DNA from: an uncultured bacterium
GTDB lineage: Bacteria > Caldisericota > Caldisericia > B22-G15
Length of the DNA stretch: 22,914 bases
Assembly: GCA_965612865.1 (NCBI GenBank)
Contig: CBFDTJ010000018.1
Location: 1 to 22,914 of the forward strand
Direction of reading: 5' to 3'
Shown in pieces: positions 1-8,543 of the stretch (position 1 is its first letter; each line of letters begins with the position of its first letter). The notes below the pieces were generated by a model. It was not told the DNA's origin. It saw only the letters and a list, made by a program, of their open reading frames with translations, and did not search any database. The translations under genes were made by a program, and so were the position numbers.

Positions 1-621
1 GTTAAGAACTGGGGTGCAAGATTTGCAGGAAGAGTATGGAAGAGTGTATTTGAAGAACTCTTAAAGATAAAGGAACCTACTGATTGGGAGAGACCGGAGG
101 GGATAGTTTATGCCGATGTGTGTCCTGAAAGCGGGCTTCTTCCTTCCCCATACTGTCCAGAGATTAAGAGAGAGATTTTTATAAGAGGTTTTGAACCAAA
201 GATTGAATGTCCAATCCATAGAAGTGAGTATGTTGAGCTTCCTGTATGTATAGATTCAGGGCTTCTTGCGACAGAGTGTACGCCAAAGGATAGGATAGAG
301 ATGAGAAAGTTTGTAAAGGGAGAGGAACCTACTGAATATGATGATACTTATTCATGTGATTTTGATGTTCTTATATTCCCTTCTGGAAAAGTAAAGATTG
401 GGACAAGAGTAGTGGTAAATATAAAGTTTAAAAATGAAGCAGGGGAGATGGTAAAAATATTTGTGGATGGAGAAGAAAAAGCAACTCTTCCAAAGGAACA
501 CCCGGTGTTTTCTGTTACTTTTGAAGAGGAAGGGGAACACGAACTTATCTTTAAACTTATGGATAAGGAAGGAAATGAAATATCTCATATAAGAAGAAGA
601 GTTGAGGTAATGGGTGAGTAA
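1..621 (+). CDS. Class A penicillin-binding protein (PBP1A-like), C-terminal part; 5' end lies outside the window
   Basis: Frame 1 is open from base 1 (VKNWGARFAGRVWKSVFEELLKIKEPTDWERPEGIVYADVCPESGLL...). This resembles the end of a transpeptidase domain (G..A..IW..F...P.GIV) plus the 'C..SG.L....CP....E.F..G.EP' tail seen in PBP1A proteins, then a beta-rich Ig-like segment. No catalytic motifs are in the window. The tracked start at 118 is an internal Val. Confidence 0.7.
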   Translation, partial: VKNWGARFAGRVWKSVFEELLKIKEPTDWERPEGIVYADVCPESGLLPSPYCPEIKREIFIRGFEPKIECPIHRSEYVELPVCIDSGLLATECTPKDRIEMRKFVKGEEPTEYDDTYSCDFDVLIFPSGKVKIGTRVVVNIKFKNEAGEMVKIFVDGEEKATLPKEHPVFSVTFEEEGEHELIFKLMDKEGNEISHIRRRVEVMGE

Positions 622-2701
622 ACTTTATATCTCCTTTCTCTGGCACTTCCATCAGCCTTTTTATAAGGATTTTTCAAAAGATACATACTTGCTTCCCTGG
701 GTCAGGTTGCATCTTATAAAGAATTATCACATGATGGGTAAACTTGTAGACAGGGAAGATGTGAGGGTAACTTTTAATTTTACTCCCTGTCTTGTGGAGC
801 AAATGGTTGATTATATAAATAAAGATGCAGATGATCCATTTGTAAATCTAAGTTTAAAATCCCCAACCTCTCTAAATGAAGAAGAGAAGATCTTTATACT
901 GAAAAACTTCTTTAATGTTAATTTAGATAAAGTGATAAAGAAAAATCCAAGGTATAGTGAGTTGTTTTTTAAGAGAGGCTACTCCTTTGACAAAGAAAAG
1001 AACTATGAAGCGATTAAATCCTTTAGTGATCAAGATTTTCTCGACTTACAGGTTCTATTTAACCTCTCATGGATATCTGAGATTTCCTTGAGAGAGGATG
1101 AGGAACTTAAAAGATTGAAAGATAAGGGAGAGAAATTTGCAGAGAAAGAAAAATTAAGTTTACTCAAAAAACAGGAATCTTTAATAAAAGAGTCTATACC
1201 GATGTTTAAGGAGCTTTATAGGAATGGAAAGGTGGAGATTTCTACAAGTCCATATTCACACCCGATAATGCCTCTCATTATAAACACAGATATAGCAAAG
1301 AGATGCCAGAACACACCACTTCCCTCTCCGCCCTTTTCAAGACCTGAAGATTTAAATCTTCAACTCAAGGAAGGAAAGGAATTTATTGAAAGGACTTTTG
1401 AGACTGAAGTCTCTGGACTCTGGCCCTCTGAGGGAGCTGTTTCTTGTGAAATAGTACCCTTGATAACAAAGCAAGGGTTTAGATGGTTTGCCACTGATGA
1501 AATAATTCTATACAAAAGCAAAAAGATAACTAAAAGAAGAGACCTTTATAAGCCCTATAGATTGGGAAAAGTAAATGTTATTTTTAGAGACCATGTACTT
1601 TCTGATCTGATAGGTTTTACATACTCCAGTATGAAAACAGAGGAAGCAGTTAATGATTTCATGTCAAGGGTAAGGTATATAAGAGACAATTTAAGTGAAG
1701 ATGGAACACTTTTTATAATTCTTGATGGAGAAAATGCGTGGGAATTTTACCCGGGTTCCGGGATTGATTTCCTATCAAACATATATAGAAATTTAAAAAA
1801 AGAAGAAGGAATAGAATTGACTACAGTTTTAGAGGCAGTGTCTAAGGTGAAATCAGAAGAACTGGAAACCATTGCCACCGGCTCGTGGATAGAAGGGAAT
1901 TTTAGAGTATGGATAGGAGAGGAAGAAGATAACATTTCGTGGAAATATCTAAAACATGTTAGAGATGATTTTGAAGAATTTACACAGGAGGAGAAGAAAA
2001 AAGCCAAAAAGGCTATGTTTGCGGCAGAAGGATCAGATTGGAATTGGTGGTATGGCAATGAACATCAGAAAGCAACTCACTTTGAATTTGACCATCTTTA
2101 TAGAAGACACCTTATGAGTGTGTATGAGATTAACAGTAAAAAACCACCTGATTTTCTCTTTAATTCTATTCTCAGGGGGGAAGAGATGCTTATTCAAATA
2201 GAGCCAAAGTGGTTAATAAAACCTTTAATAGATGGTAAGGACACAGATTTCTTTGAATGGGTCAATGGAGGTTTATGGAAAGGTGAAACATCTGATGGAG
2301 CGATGGTTATTTCTGAGCCAATAATAGAGTTAATAAAGTTTGGTTTTGATATGGAAAATATCTACTTTCTTGTGAAGTTTTCTAAGACAGGTCTTTCTTT
2401 TAAAAACTTTTCTCTTGAAATAAATTTGAGAGGAGAACACGGAAAAAAGAGAAAGATTGTTTTCTCTAAAGAGGATGGTAATCTGAAACTTGAGTCAGAG
2501 ATTCCAGTTGTCTGGGAACTTGATAAAGTCCTTGAGGTTAAAATACCTTTCCTTGATCTGGGTTTTGTAAGAGGTGAAAAGGTTTCATTTATGGTTTTAT
2601 TCTATGTAGAAGACAAGGCGCTTGCAAGACTTCCTCAGAGAGGAAGACTGATGTTTACTCTACCTGATGATTATTACGAGTGTAAGAACTGGGAGGTATA
2701 G
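614..2701 (+). CDS. GH57 glycoside hydrolase, amylopullulanase-like
   Basis: GH57 conserved regions HFHQP, SPYSHPIMPL, WPSEG (nucleophile Glu), LDGENAWE (acid/base Asp), AEGSDWNWW. GTG start with GAGGT at 604-608; overlaps the upstream gene by 8 nt. Confidence 0.9.
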   Translation: MSKLYISFLWHFHQPFYKDFSKDTYLLPWVRLHLIKNYHMMGKLVDREDVRVTFNFTPCLVEQMVDYINKDADDPFVNLSLKSPTSLNEEEKIFILKNFFNVNLDKVIKKNPRYSELFFKRGYSFDKEKNYEAIKSFSDQDFLDLQVLFNLSWISEISLREDEELKRLKDKGEKFAEKEKLSLLKKQESLIKESIPMFKELYRNGKVEISTSPYSHPIMPLIINTDIAKRCQNTPLPSPPFSRPEDLNLQLKEGKEFIERTFETEVSGLWPSEGAVSCEIVPLITKQGFRWFATDEIILYKSKKITKRRDLYKPYRLGKVNVIFRDHVLSDLIGFTYSSMKTEEAVNDFMSRVRYIRDNLSEDGTLFIILDGENAWEFYPGSGIDFLSNIYRNLKKEEGIELTTVLEAVSKVKSEELETIATGSWIEGNFRVWIGEEEDNISWKYLKHVRDDFEEFTQEEKKKAKKAMFAAEGSDWNWWYGNEHQKATHFEFDHLYRRHLMSVYEINSKKPPDFLFNSILRGEEMLIQIEPKWLIKPLIDGKDTDFFEWVNGGLWKGETSDGAMVISEPIIELIKFGFDMENIYFLVKFSKTGLSFKNFSLEINLRGEHGKKRKIVFSKEDGNLKLESEIPVVWELDKVLEVKIPFLDLGFVRGEKVSFMVLFYVEDKALARLPQRGRLMFTLPDDYYECKNWEV

Positions 2702-2703
2702 TT

Positions 2704-4578
2704 ATGAGAAAGTTTGCTATAGTTATTCACAATCATCAACCTATTGGAAATTTTGACGAAGTTTTTATAGATGCAATTCAAAAAGCTTACATTCCGTTTC
2801 TTGAAACTCTAATTAAATTTCCAAAGATAAAAATTGGATTACATACATCAGGGTGCCTTTTTGAATTTATGGAGAAAAAGAAAATCAACAGATACTTTGA
2901 TTTGGTAGAGGAACTTGTAAATAGAGGGCAAATTGAGCTCATAAGCGGAGGTTTTTACGAACCTCTTTTGTTCCTGCTTCCTGAGGAGGATAGAATCTTT
3001 GAAATAGAGATGATGAACGAGTATCTTTTGAATAAGTTTAACTATAATCCCAAGGGCCTCTGGCTTACAGAAAGGGTGTGGGAACCCCATCTTGCAAAAA
3101 GCATCAGGAAGGCAGGATTAAATTATACCCTCATTGATGATAATGGGTTTAGAAAAATCGGGATAAAGGGAGAGGAGTTGCTTCATTATTATATAACAGA
3201 AGAAGAGGGATATACTTTGAATATATTCCCAATTCTAAAGACTTTAAGGTATATGATTCCCTACCATACAGTGGAAGAAGTGATTTCTTTTTTAAAGGCT
3301 TCTTATGATGAGGATGAAATCCTTGTTTATGGTGATGATGGAGAGAAATTTGGTCTATGGCCTGGCACATATGAGCATGTTTATAATAATGGCTGGCTTC
3401 ATAGATTTTTTGATGCATTAAGTAGAGAAGAAGCTGTTGAGACGGTGTTTCTTTCGGAAGTTATTTCCTTCCACCCTCCGAGGAAGCGTATTTATATACC
3501 TCCTACATCATATGAAGAAATGGAGGAATGGGCCCTCCCCCCTGATAAACAAAAAGAATTTAGAAATTTAAAGGAAAAGGAAATCGATAGAATTCTTATT
3601 GGTGGAGGATTTTTTAGAAATTTCCTGGTAAAGTATGAAGAATCAAACAAGATGCATAAAAGGATGCTTTTTTTAAGAAAAGGGATTTCAAAGAATTCTA
3701 ATGCCTATATTCATTATTTGAGAAGCGGTTGTAATTGTGCCTATTGGCATGGAATTTTTGGCGGACTATACCTTCCACATCTAAGAGATGCAATTTACAA
3801 AGAAATAATTACCGCTGAAAGAGAAAATAAAAGAAAAACTGGATTCTATGTTGAAGATTACAATAAAGATGGCATCGAAGAAATTATATACAGGAATGAA
3901 AGATTTATGCTGTTTTTTCACAGAAGGGGTGGCAGGTTGGTAGAGCTGGATGATATTTTATTGGGAAGAAATCTAACAGATGTTATGACAAGATATAAGG
4001 AGAGCTATCATCTGGATATACCCAAAGAAGAAACCTCTGATGGTAACGGAGTCAAAACAATACACGAGATTTTCAGGTTAAAAGATAAAGACGCACTTAA
4101 GTATCTTAAATTTGATTCATATACAAAGGAAAACTTTCTGGATCATCATCTAAACTCTATTGAGGAAATAGGTAAAGGTAAACCTTGTCTTGAGATGTAT
4201 GACTACGAAGTTTCAAAAAACAGACTTCTTTTTAGAGGAGAAGGATTGATTAAAGAGTTTGTGATTGAGGAAGATTTTATAGAAGCTACAGTTACTATTA
4301 ATAAAATTAGTAATTTCTATGTAACGGAGTTAAATTTAAGTATTCCGATTGAAGATGTTGAGATGGTAGAGAGAGGAACTTCTATTGTAATATCTAAAAA
4401 GGATAGACTTTCCATAGAACTTAACAAAGGAGCGTTGTTTAGATTTGAACCAATATACACAGTTTCTAATTCCCCCTCCGGTATTGAAAAGATATATCAA
4501 GGTATCACTCTATTTTCGGTCTTTCCCTTGAAGGAAGAATATAATAGAATAAAAATAAAATTAGGAGAATTAAAATGA
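2704..4578 (+). CDS. GH57 4-alpha-glucanotransferase / alpha-amylase (AmyA-type)
   Basis: HNHQP, GGFYEP, WLTERVWEP, GDDGEKFGLWP and CNCAYWHGIFGGLYLPHLR are typical of the GH57 4-alpha-glucanotransferase/alpha-amylase group. SD GGAGGT just upstream. Confidence 0.9.
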   Translation: MRKFAIVIHNHQPIGNFDEVFIDAIQKAYIPFLETLIKFPKIKIGLHTSGCLFEFMEKKKINRYFDLVEELVNRGQIELISGGFYEPLLFLLPEEDRIFEIEMMNEYLLNKFNYNPKGLWLTERVWEPHLAKSIRKAGLNYTLIDDNGFRKIGIKGEELLHYYITEEEGYTLNIFPILKTLRYMIPYHTVEEVISFLKASYDEDEILVYGDDGEKFGLWPGTYEHVYNNGWLHRFFDALSREEAVETVFLSEVISFHPPRKRIYIPPTSYEEMEEWALPPDKQKEFRNLKEKEIDRILIGGGFFRNFLVKYEESNKMHKRMLFLRKGISKNSNAYIHYLRSGCNCAYWHGIFGGLYLPHLRDAIYKEIITAERENKRKTGFYVEDYNKDGIEEIIYRNERFMLFFHRRGGRLVELDDILLGRNLTDVMTRYKESYHLDIPKEETSDGNGVKTIHEIFRLKDKDALKYLKFDSYTKENFLDHHLNSIEEIGKGKPCLEMYDYEVSKNRLLFRGEGLIKEFVIEEDFIEATVTINKISNFYVTELNLSIPIEDVEMVERGTSIVISKKDRLSIELNKGALFRFEPIYTVSNSPSGIEKIYQGITLFSVFPLKEEYNRIKIKLGELK

Positions 4579-6116
4579 AAGGAAAGTTTAGCATTGTTCT
4601 TCACACCCATCTTCCGTTCTGCCTTGGGAAGGGAAGATGGCCTTTTGGAGAGGAGTGGCTTTTTGAGACAGTTTTTGATACCTATCTGCCCCTTCTTAAG
4701 GTACTAAATGAGTTAGTAGAGGAGGGAAAGAAATTTAAGATTGTTGTGGGGTTAACTCCGGTTCTTCTTGAACAATTAAAATCTTATTACTTTAAGGAAA
4801 AATTTCTTGAGTATCTTGATCAAAAGGAAGAACTTGGTAAGAAAGATCTTGTTCATTTTAAGGGTAATTCTACCTATGTAAGCCTCACAGAGTATTATCT
4901 GAAGGAGATTGAAGATATAAGAAATCTCTTTGTTTCTCTAAATGAAGATATAGTTTCAGGTTTTGTGTCCCTTGAAAGGGCAGGTTTTGTGGAGATAATA
5001 ACATCTGCTGCAACGCATGCCTATCTTCCACTTTTAAAAAACGATCTATCACGAGAGGTGGAGATAAAGAGCGGAGTAACAATTCATAGAAATTGGATAG
5101 GAAAATCTCCTTCTGGATTCTGGCTGCCTGAATGCGGGTATAAACCTGGTGTGGAAGAAATTCTTAAAGAGAATGGAATAAAATATTTTATACTGGATGC
5201 ACATTCGCTTGTTGAGAGTGAAGAGGTTGTTATGGAGTATGGAAGAAGGCTTCCGAAATTGAAACTTCCCCTTGAATCAAAGACCTTTCTTCCATACGAG
5301 ATAAAAGACGATATATATGTCTTTTTAAGAAACCCATCAACCAGCGAGCAGGTGTGGTCAAGGGATTTTGGTTATCCAGGGGACGGGGTCTATAGAGAAT
5401 TCCATAAGAAGTTTGAGATTTCAGGTTTCCAGTACTGGAAGATAACAGATAAAAATGTTCCTCTTGGAGAGAAGAAAGTGTATAGCGTTGATGAGGCAAG
5501 GGAAAAGATAAAAGTTCATGCTCATCACTTTGTTTCTCTTTTAAAGGAGAAACTCTTTTCTTTTTATAAACAAAACAGAATAGAGGGAATGGTTCTGTCA
5601 GCATATGATACAGAACTATTTGGTCATTGGTGGTATGAAGGTCCTCTGTGGTTAAAAGAGGTCCTGTCTCTTATAAGTGAAGATGAAGCTATTGATTCAG
5701 TCTCTCCTTCAGATTTTATAAAAACTGGAGCAAAAAGCAAGGGATTATTTAGAGAGAGTTCATGGGGACTTGGAGGGTTTCATTACACATGGTATAATTC
5801 AGAGACTTCATGGATGTGGGATATGATACATGAAGATGAGGATGAATTTAAGTCTTTATTTCATAAACTTTCAGGAAAGGAAGGTTCTTTACTTCTCAGA
5901 GAGTTTCTGCTTGAATTGAGCTCAGATTGGCCATTCCTTGTTACCACTTCTCAGGCGAAGGAATATGGGAAGGAGAGATTTTTGGAACACAGAAGAAAAT
6001 TTATGAAGATTGTTGAGCTTATAAAGGGGATAAAGAAGGAAATTGTTAATTTAGATGAGATTGAAACAGAAGATTTTATATTTAAAGATTTAAGGATAGA
6101 GGACTTAAGGAGGTAG
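4575..6116 (+). CDS. GH57 1,4-alpha-glucan branching enzyme (DUF1957-containing)
   Basis: HTHLP, GEEWLFE, SAATHAYLPL, WLPECGY, GYPGDGVYREFH, YDTELFGHWWYEG and SSDWPF are the GH57 branching-enzyme signatures. ATGA overlap with the upstream stop; SD AGGAG. Confidence 0.92.
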   Translation: MKGKFSIVLHTHLPFCLGKGRWPFGEEWLFETVFDTYLPLLKVLNELVEEGKKFKIVVGLTPVLLEQLKSYYFKEKFLEYLDQKEELGKKDLVHFKGNSTYVSLTEYYLKEIEDIRNLFVSLNEDIVSGFVSLERAGFVEIITSAATHAYLPLLKNDLSREVEIKSGVTIHRNWIGKSPSGFWLPECGYKPGVEEILKENGIKYFILDAHSLVESEEVVMEYGRRLPKLKLPLESKTFLPYEIKDDIYVFLRNPSTSEQVWSRDFGYPGDGVYREFHKKFEISGFQYWKITDKNVPLGEKKVYSVDEAREKIKVHAHHFVSLLKEKLFSFYKQNRIEGMVLSAYDTELFGHWWYEGPLWLKEVLSLISEDEAIDSVSPSDFIKTGAKSKGLFRESSWGLGGFHYTWYNSETSWMWDMIHEDEDEFKSLFHKLSGKEGSLLLREFLLELSSDWPFLVTTSQAKEYGKERFLEHRRKFMKIVELIKGIKKEIVNLDEIETEDFIFKDLRIEDLRR

Positions 6117-6119
6117 AGT

Positions 6120-7124
6120 ATGCCAGAACTGAGAAAGGATCCTGTCATAGGAAGATGGGTTATTATATCTACTGAAAGGGCATTGAGGCCACATGACTAT
6201 AAGGTAGAAGAGGAGAAGAAGGAAGTAGATCTTTCAAAGTGTCCCTTTGAGCCAGGTAATGAGAAGATGACTCCTCCAGAGATAATGGCTTACAGGAAAC
6301 CTGGAACAAAAAAGGATGAAGAGGGATGGTGGATTCGTGTTGTTCCCAATAAATACCCCGCACTTAGAATTGAGGGAGAGCTAAATAAAAGAGGGGTGGG
6401 AATGTATGATATGATGAACGGAATTGGTGCCCATGAAGTTGTTATTGAAACTCCAAATCATTTTGAAGAAATGCACAAAATGCCAGAAAAACAAATAGAA
6501 GAAGTTTTGTGGGCGTGGAGAGACAGAATGCTTGATTTAAGAAGGGATAAGAGATTTAAGTATATTCTTATATTCAAAAACAAAGGATCTCAAGCAGGAG
6601 CGTCTCTTGAACATCCGCATTCCCAGATAATAGCCTTACCCATTGTTCCTGTAAGGGTGAAGGAAGAGCTTCATGGTTCAAAGCTTTACTACGATTATAA
6701 AGATAGATGTGTGTTTTGCGACATTTTAAATCAGGAACTGGGAGAAAGAGAAAGACTTGTTGAGGAGAATGGAGAATTCGTCTCATTTGTTCCATTTGCT
6801 CCAAGATTTCCCTTTGAAATATGGATTTTGCCAAAGAAACATTCATGTGATTATACAGAGATTACAAGAGCAGGGGTTGCAAGCCTTTCTCGTGTTTTAA
6901 AGAGAACTCTTCAGAGACTTACATTAGCCTTGAATGATCCACCATATAATCTTATAATTCACACTTCTCCCGTAGATGAACTGAATCTACCTTACTATCA
7001 TTGGCATATGGAGATAATGCCAAGGCTAACAAAAGTTGCAGGATTTGAATGGGGTACAGGTTTTTATATAAATCCCACAAAACCAGAAGATGCAGCTATG
7101 TATCTACGGGAGATAGAATTATGA
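6120..7124 (+). CDS. galT: GalT-family (HIT-like) hexose-1-phosphate nucleotidyltransferase
   Basis: MPELRKDP...WVIISTERALRP, RVVPNKYPAL, GAHEVVIE, FKNKG..AGASLEHPHSQ (HxHxQ catalytic motif), CVFC, HWHMEIMPRL..VAGFEWGTG. SD AGGAGGT. Substrate specificity is uncertain. Confidence 0.88.
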   Translation: MPELRKDPVIGRWVIISTERALRPHDYKVEEEKKEVDLSKCPFEPGNEKMTPPEIMAYRKPGTKKDEEGWWIRVVPNKYPALRIEGELNKRGVGMYDMMNGIGAHEVVIETPNHFEEMHKMPEKQIEEVLWAWRDRMLDLRRDKRFKYILIFKNKGSQAGASLEHPHSQIIALPIVPVRVKEELHGSKLYYDYKDRCVFCDILNQELGERERLVEENGEFVSFVPFAPRFPFEIWILPKKHSCDYTEITRAGVASLSRVLKRTLQRLTLALNDPPYNLIIHTSPVDELNLPYYHWHMEIMPRLTKVAGFEWGTGFYINPTKPEDAAMYLREIEL

Positions 7125-8542
7125 AAATAGCATTTGTTGTGCCTGAAGCTGTACCCTACATAAAAACAGGTGGACTTGGTGATGTAGCAGGAACTTTACC
7201 TGTCTATTTAACTAAGCTGGGATTTAATACTATTCTTATTCTCCCACTTTATAAAACAATAAAGGATAAGAATCTGGAGCTTGAGCTTGTAGAGAAGGGA
7301 GATGTAAAATTAGGTGAAAGAACTTTCCCTTTTTCAATATACAGACACAAGGAAGCTCAGGTATATTTTATTGAAAATGATGAATTTTTCCTAAGGGATT
7401 CTCCATATAACACAAAAGAGGGGGATTATCCTGATAATTATATAAGGTTTGCGTTTTTTTCTAAGGTAAGCCTTGATTTTATAGTTAAAAGGGGAGATGT
7501 TGATGTAATTCATGTTCATGATTGGCAAACATCTATTCTTCCAGTGTATAAAGAGCTATTCTATCCAAATGGTAAAGAGAAGGTAGTTCTTACGATACAC
7601 AACATAGGTTATCAGGGCATCTTCCCAAGAGATGTTTTGAAGGAAATTTCTATTCCACCGTCACTTTTTACAATAGATGGTCTGGAGTTTTACGGCAATG
7701 TAAATTATTTAAAAGGTGGGATACTCTTCTCAGATTGTGTAACAACCGTTTCTCCTTCCTATGCAAAGGAGATACAAACAAAGGAGTATGGATTTGGACT
7801 TGAGGGTGTACTTAGGAAGGCAAGAAGAAAATTGTTTGGTATTATCAACGGAATAGATTATTCCTACTGGAATCCAGAGGTGGATAAATTCATTAAAGTA
7901 AATTATGGAAAGGATGACATTGATAAGAAGTTAGAAAATAAAAAGCTTCTCTTTGAAGAGCTAAATCTAAATTTTCCCTTATCTTTACCCCTATTTTCTC
8001 TGATTTCGAGACTTGTTTCTCAGAAGGGGATAGATATTTTAATAGAGGGCTTTGATGATATTATGAAACTTCCGCTTAACTTTGTTCTTCTTGGAACAGG
8101 AGATAAGGAGTTTGAAGAAAAGCTTATGTCTTTGGGAGAAAAATACAGGAGTAAATTCATTCCACTTATAAAGTTTGATGAGGGTCTTGCGCATAGAATA
8201 TATGCTGCCAGTGATTTCTTTCTTATGCCTTCAAAGTTTGAGCCATGTGGTTTGGGTCAGATGATTGCATTAAGATATGGAGCTGTTCCCATAGTCAGAA
8301 GAACAGGAGGGCTTAAGGATACAATTCAGGACTATCATGAGAAAACCAATTGTGGAAATGGTATAAGCTTTGATGAGTATGATTCCTTTGATCTTATTAA
8401 ATCAGTGGAGAGAGGGGTAAAGATATTTAGAGAAGGGAATTCTTATAAAAAAATTCAGGAGATAGGGATGAATTGTGACTATTCGTGGGATTCATCTGCA
8501 AAGGAATATTTAAACTTATACAGGAGGTTGAAGGAGGAATAA
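7121..8542 (+). CDS. glgA: Glycogen synthase (GT5)
   Basis: MKIAFVVPEAVPYIKTGGLGDV (KTGGL), HVHDWQ, TIHNIGYQG, NGIDY, SRLVSQKG, PSKFEPCGLGQM. Start re-called to ATG 7121, which forms an ATGA overlap with the galT stop, instead of 7049. Confidence 0.95.
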   Translation: MKIAFVVPEAVPYIKTGGLGDVAGTLPVYLTKLGFNTILILPLYKTIKDKNLELELVEKGDVKLGERTFPFSIYRHKEAQVYFIENDEFFLRDSPYNTKEGDYPDNYIRFAFFSKVSLDFIVKRGDVDVIHVHDWQTSILPVYKELFYPNGKEKVVLTIHNIGYQGIFPRDVLKEISIPPSLFTIDGLEFYGNVNYLKGGILFSDCVTTVSPSYAKEIQTKEYGFGLEGVLRKARRKLFGIINGIDYSYWNPEVDKFIKVNYGKDDIDKKLENKKLLFEELNLNFPLSLPLFSLISRLVSQKGIDILIEGFDDIMKLPLNFVLLGTGDKEFEEKLMSLGEKYRSKFIPLIKFDEGLAHRIYAASDFFLMPSKFEPCGLGQMIALRYGAVPIVRRTGGLKDTIQDYHEKTNCGNGISFDEYDSFDLIKSVERGVKIFREGNSYKKIQEIGMNCDYSWDSSAKEYLNLYRRLKEE

Positions 8543-8543
8543 A

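Noticed and set aside
118..621. 167-aa stand-alone ORF starting at 118
   Set aside because: The frame is open from base 1 with PBP-like sequence; GTG 118 is an internal Val.
7049..7120. 24-aa N-terminal extension of GlgA
   Set aside because: It overlaps the conserved galT 3' end; GT5 homology starts at MKIAFV (7121), which has an ATGA coupling.
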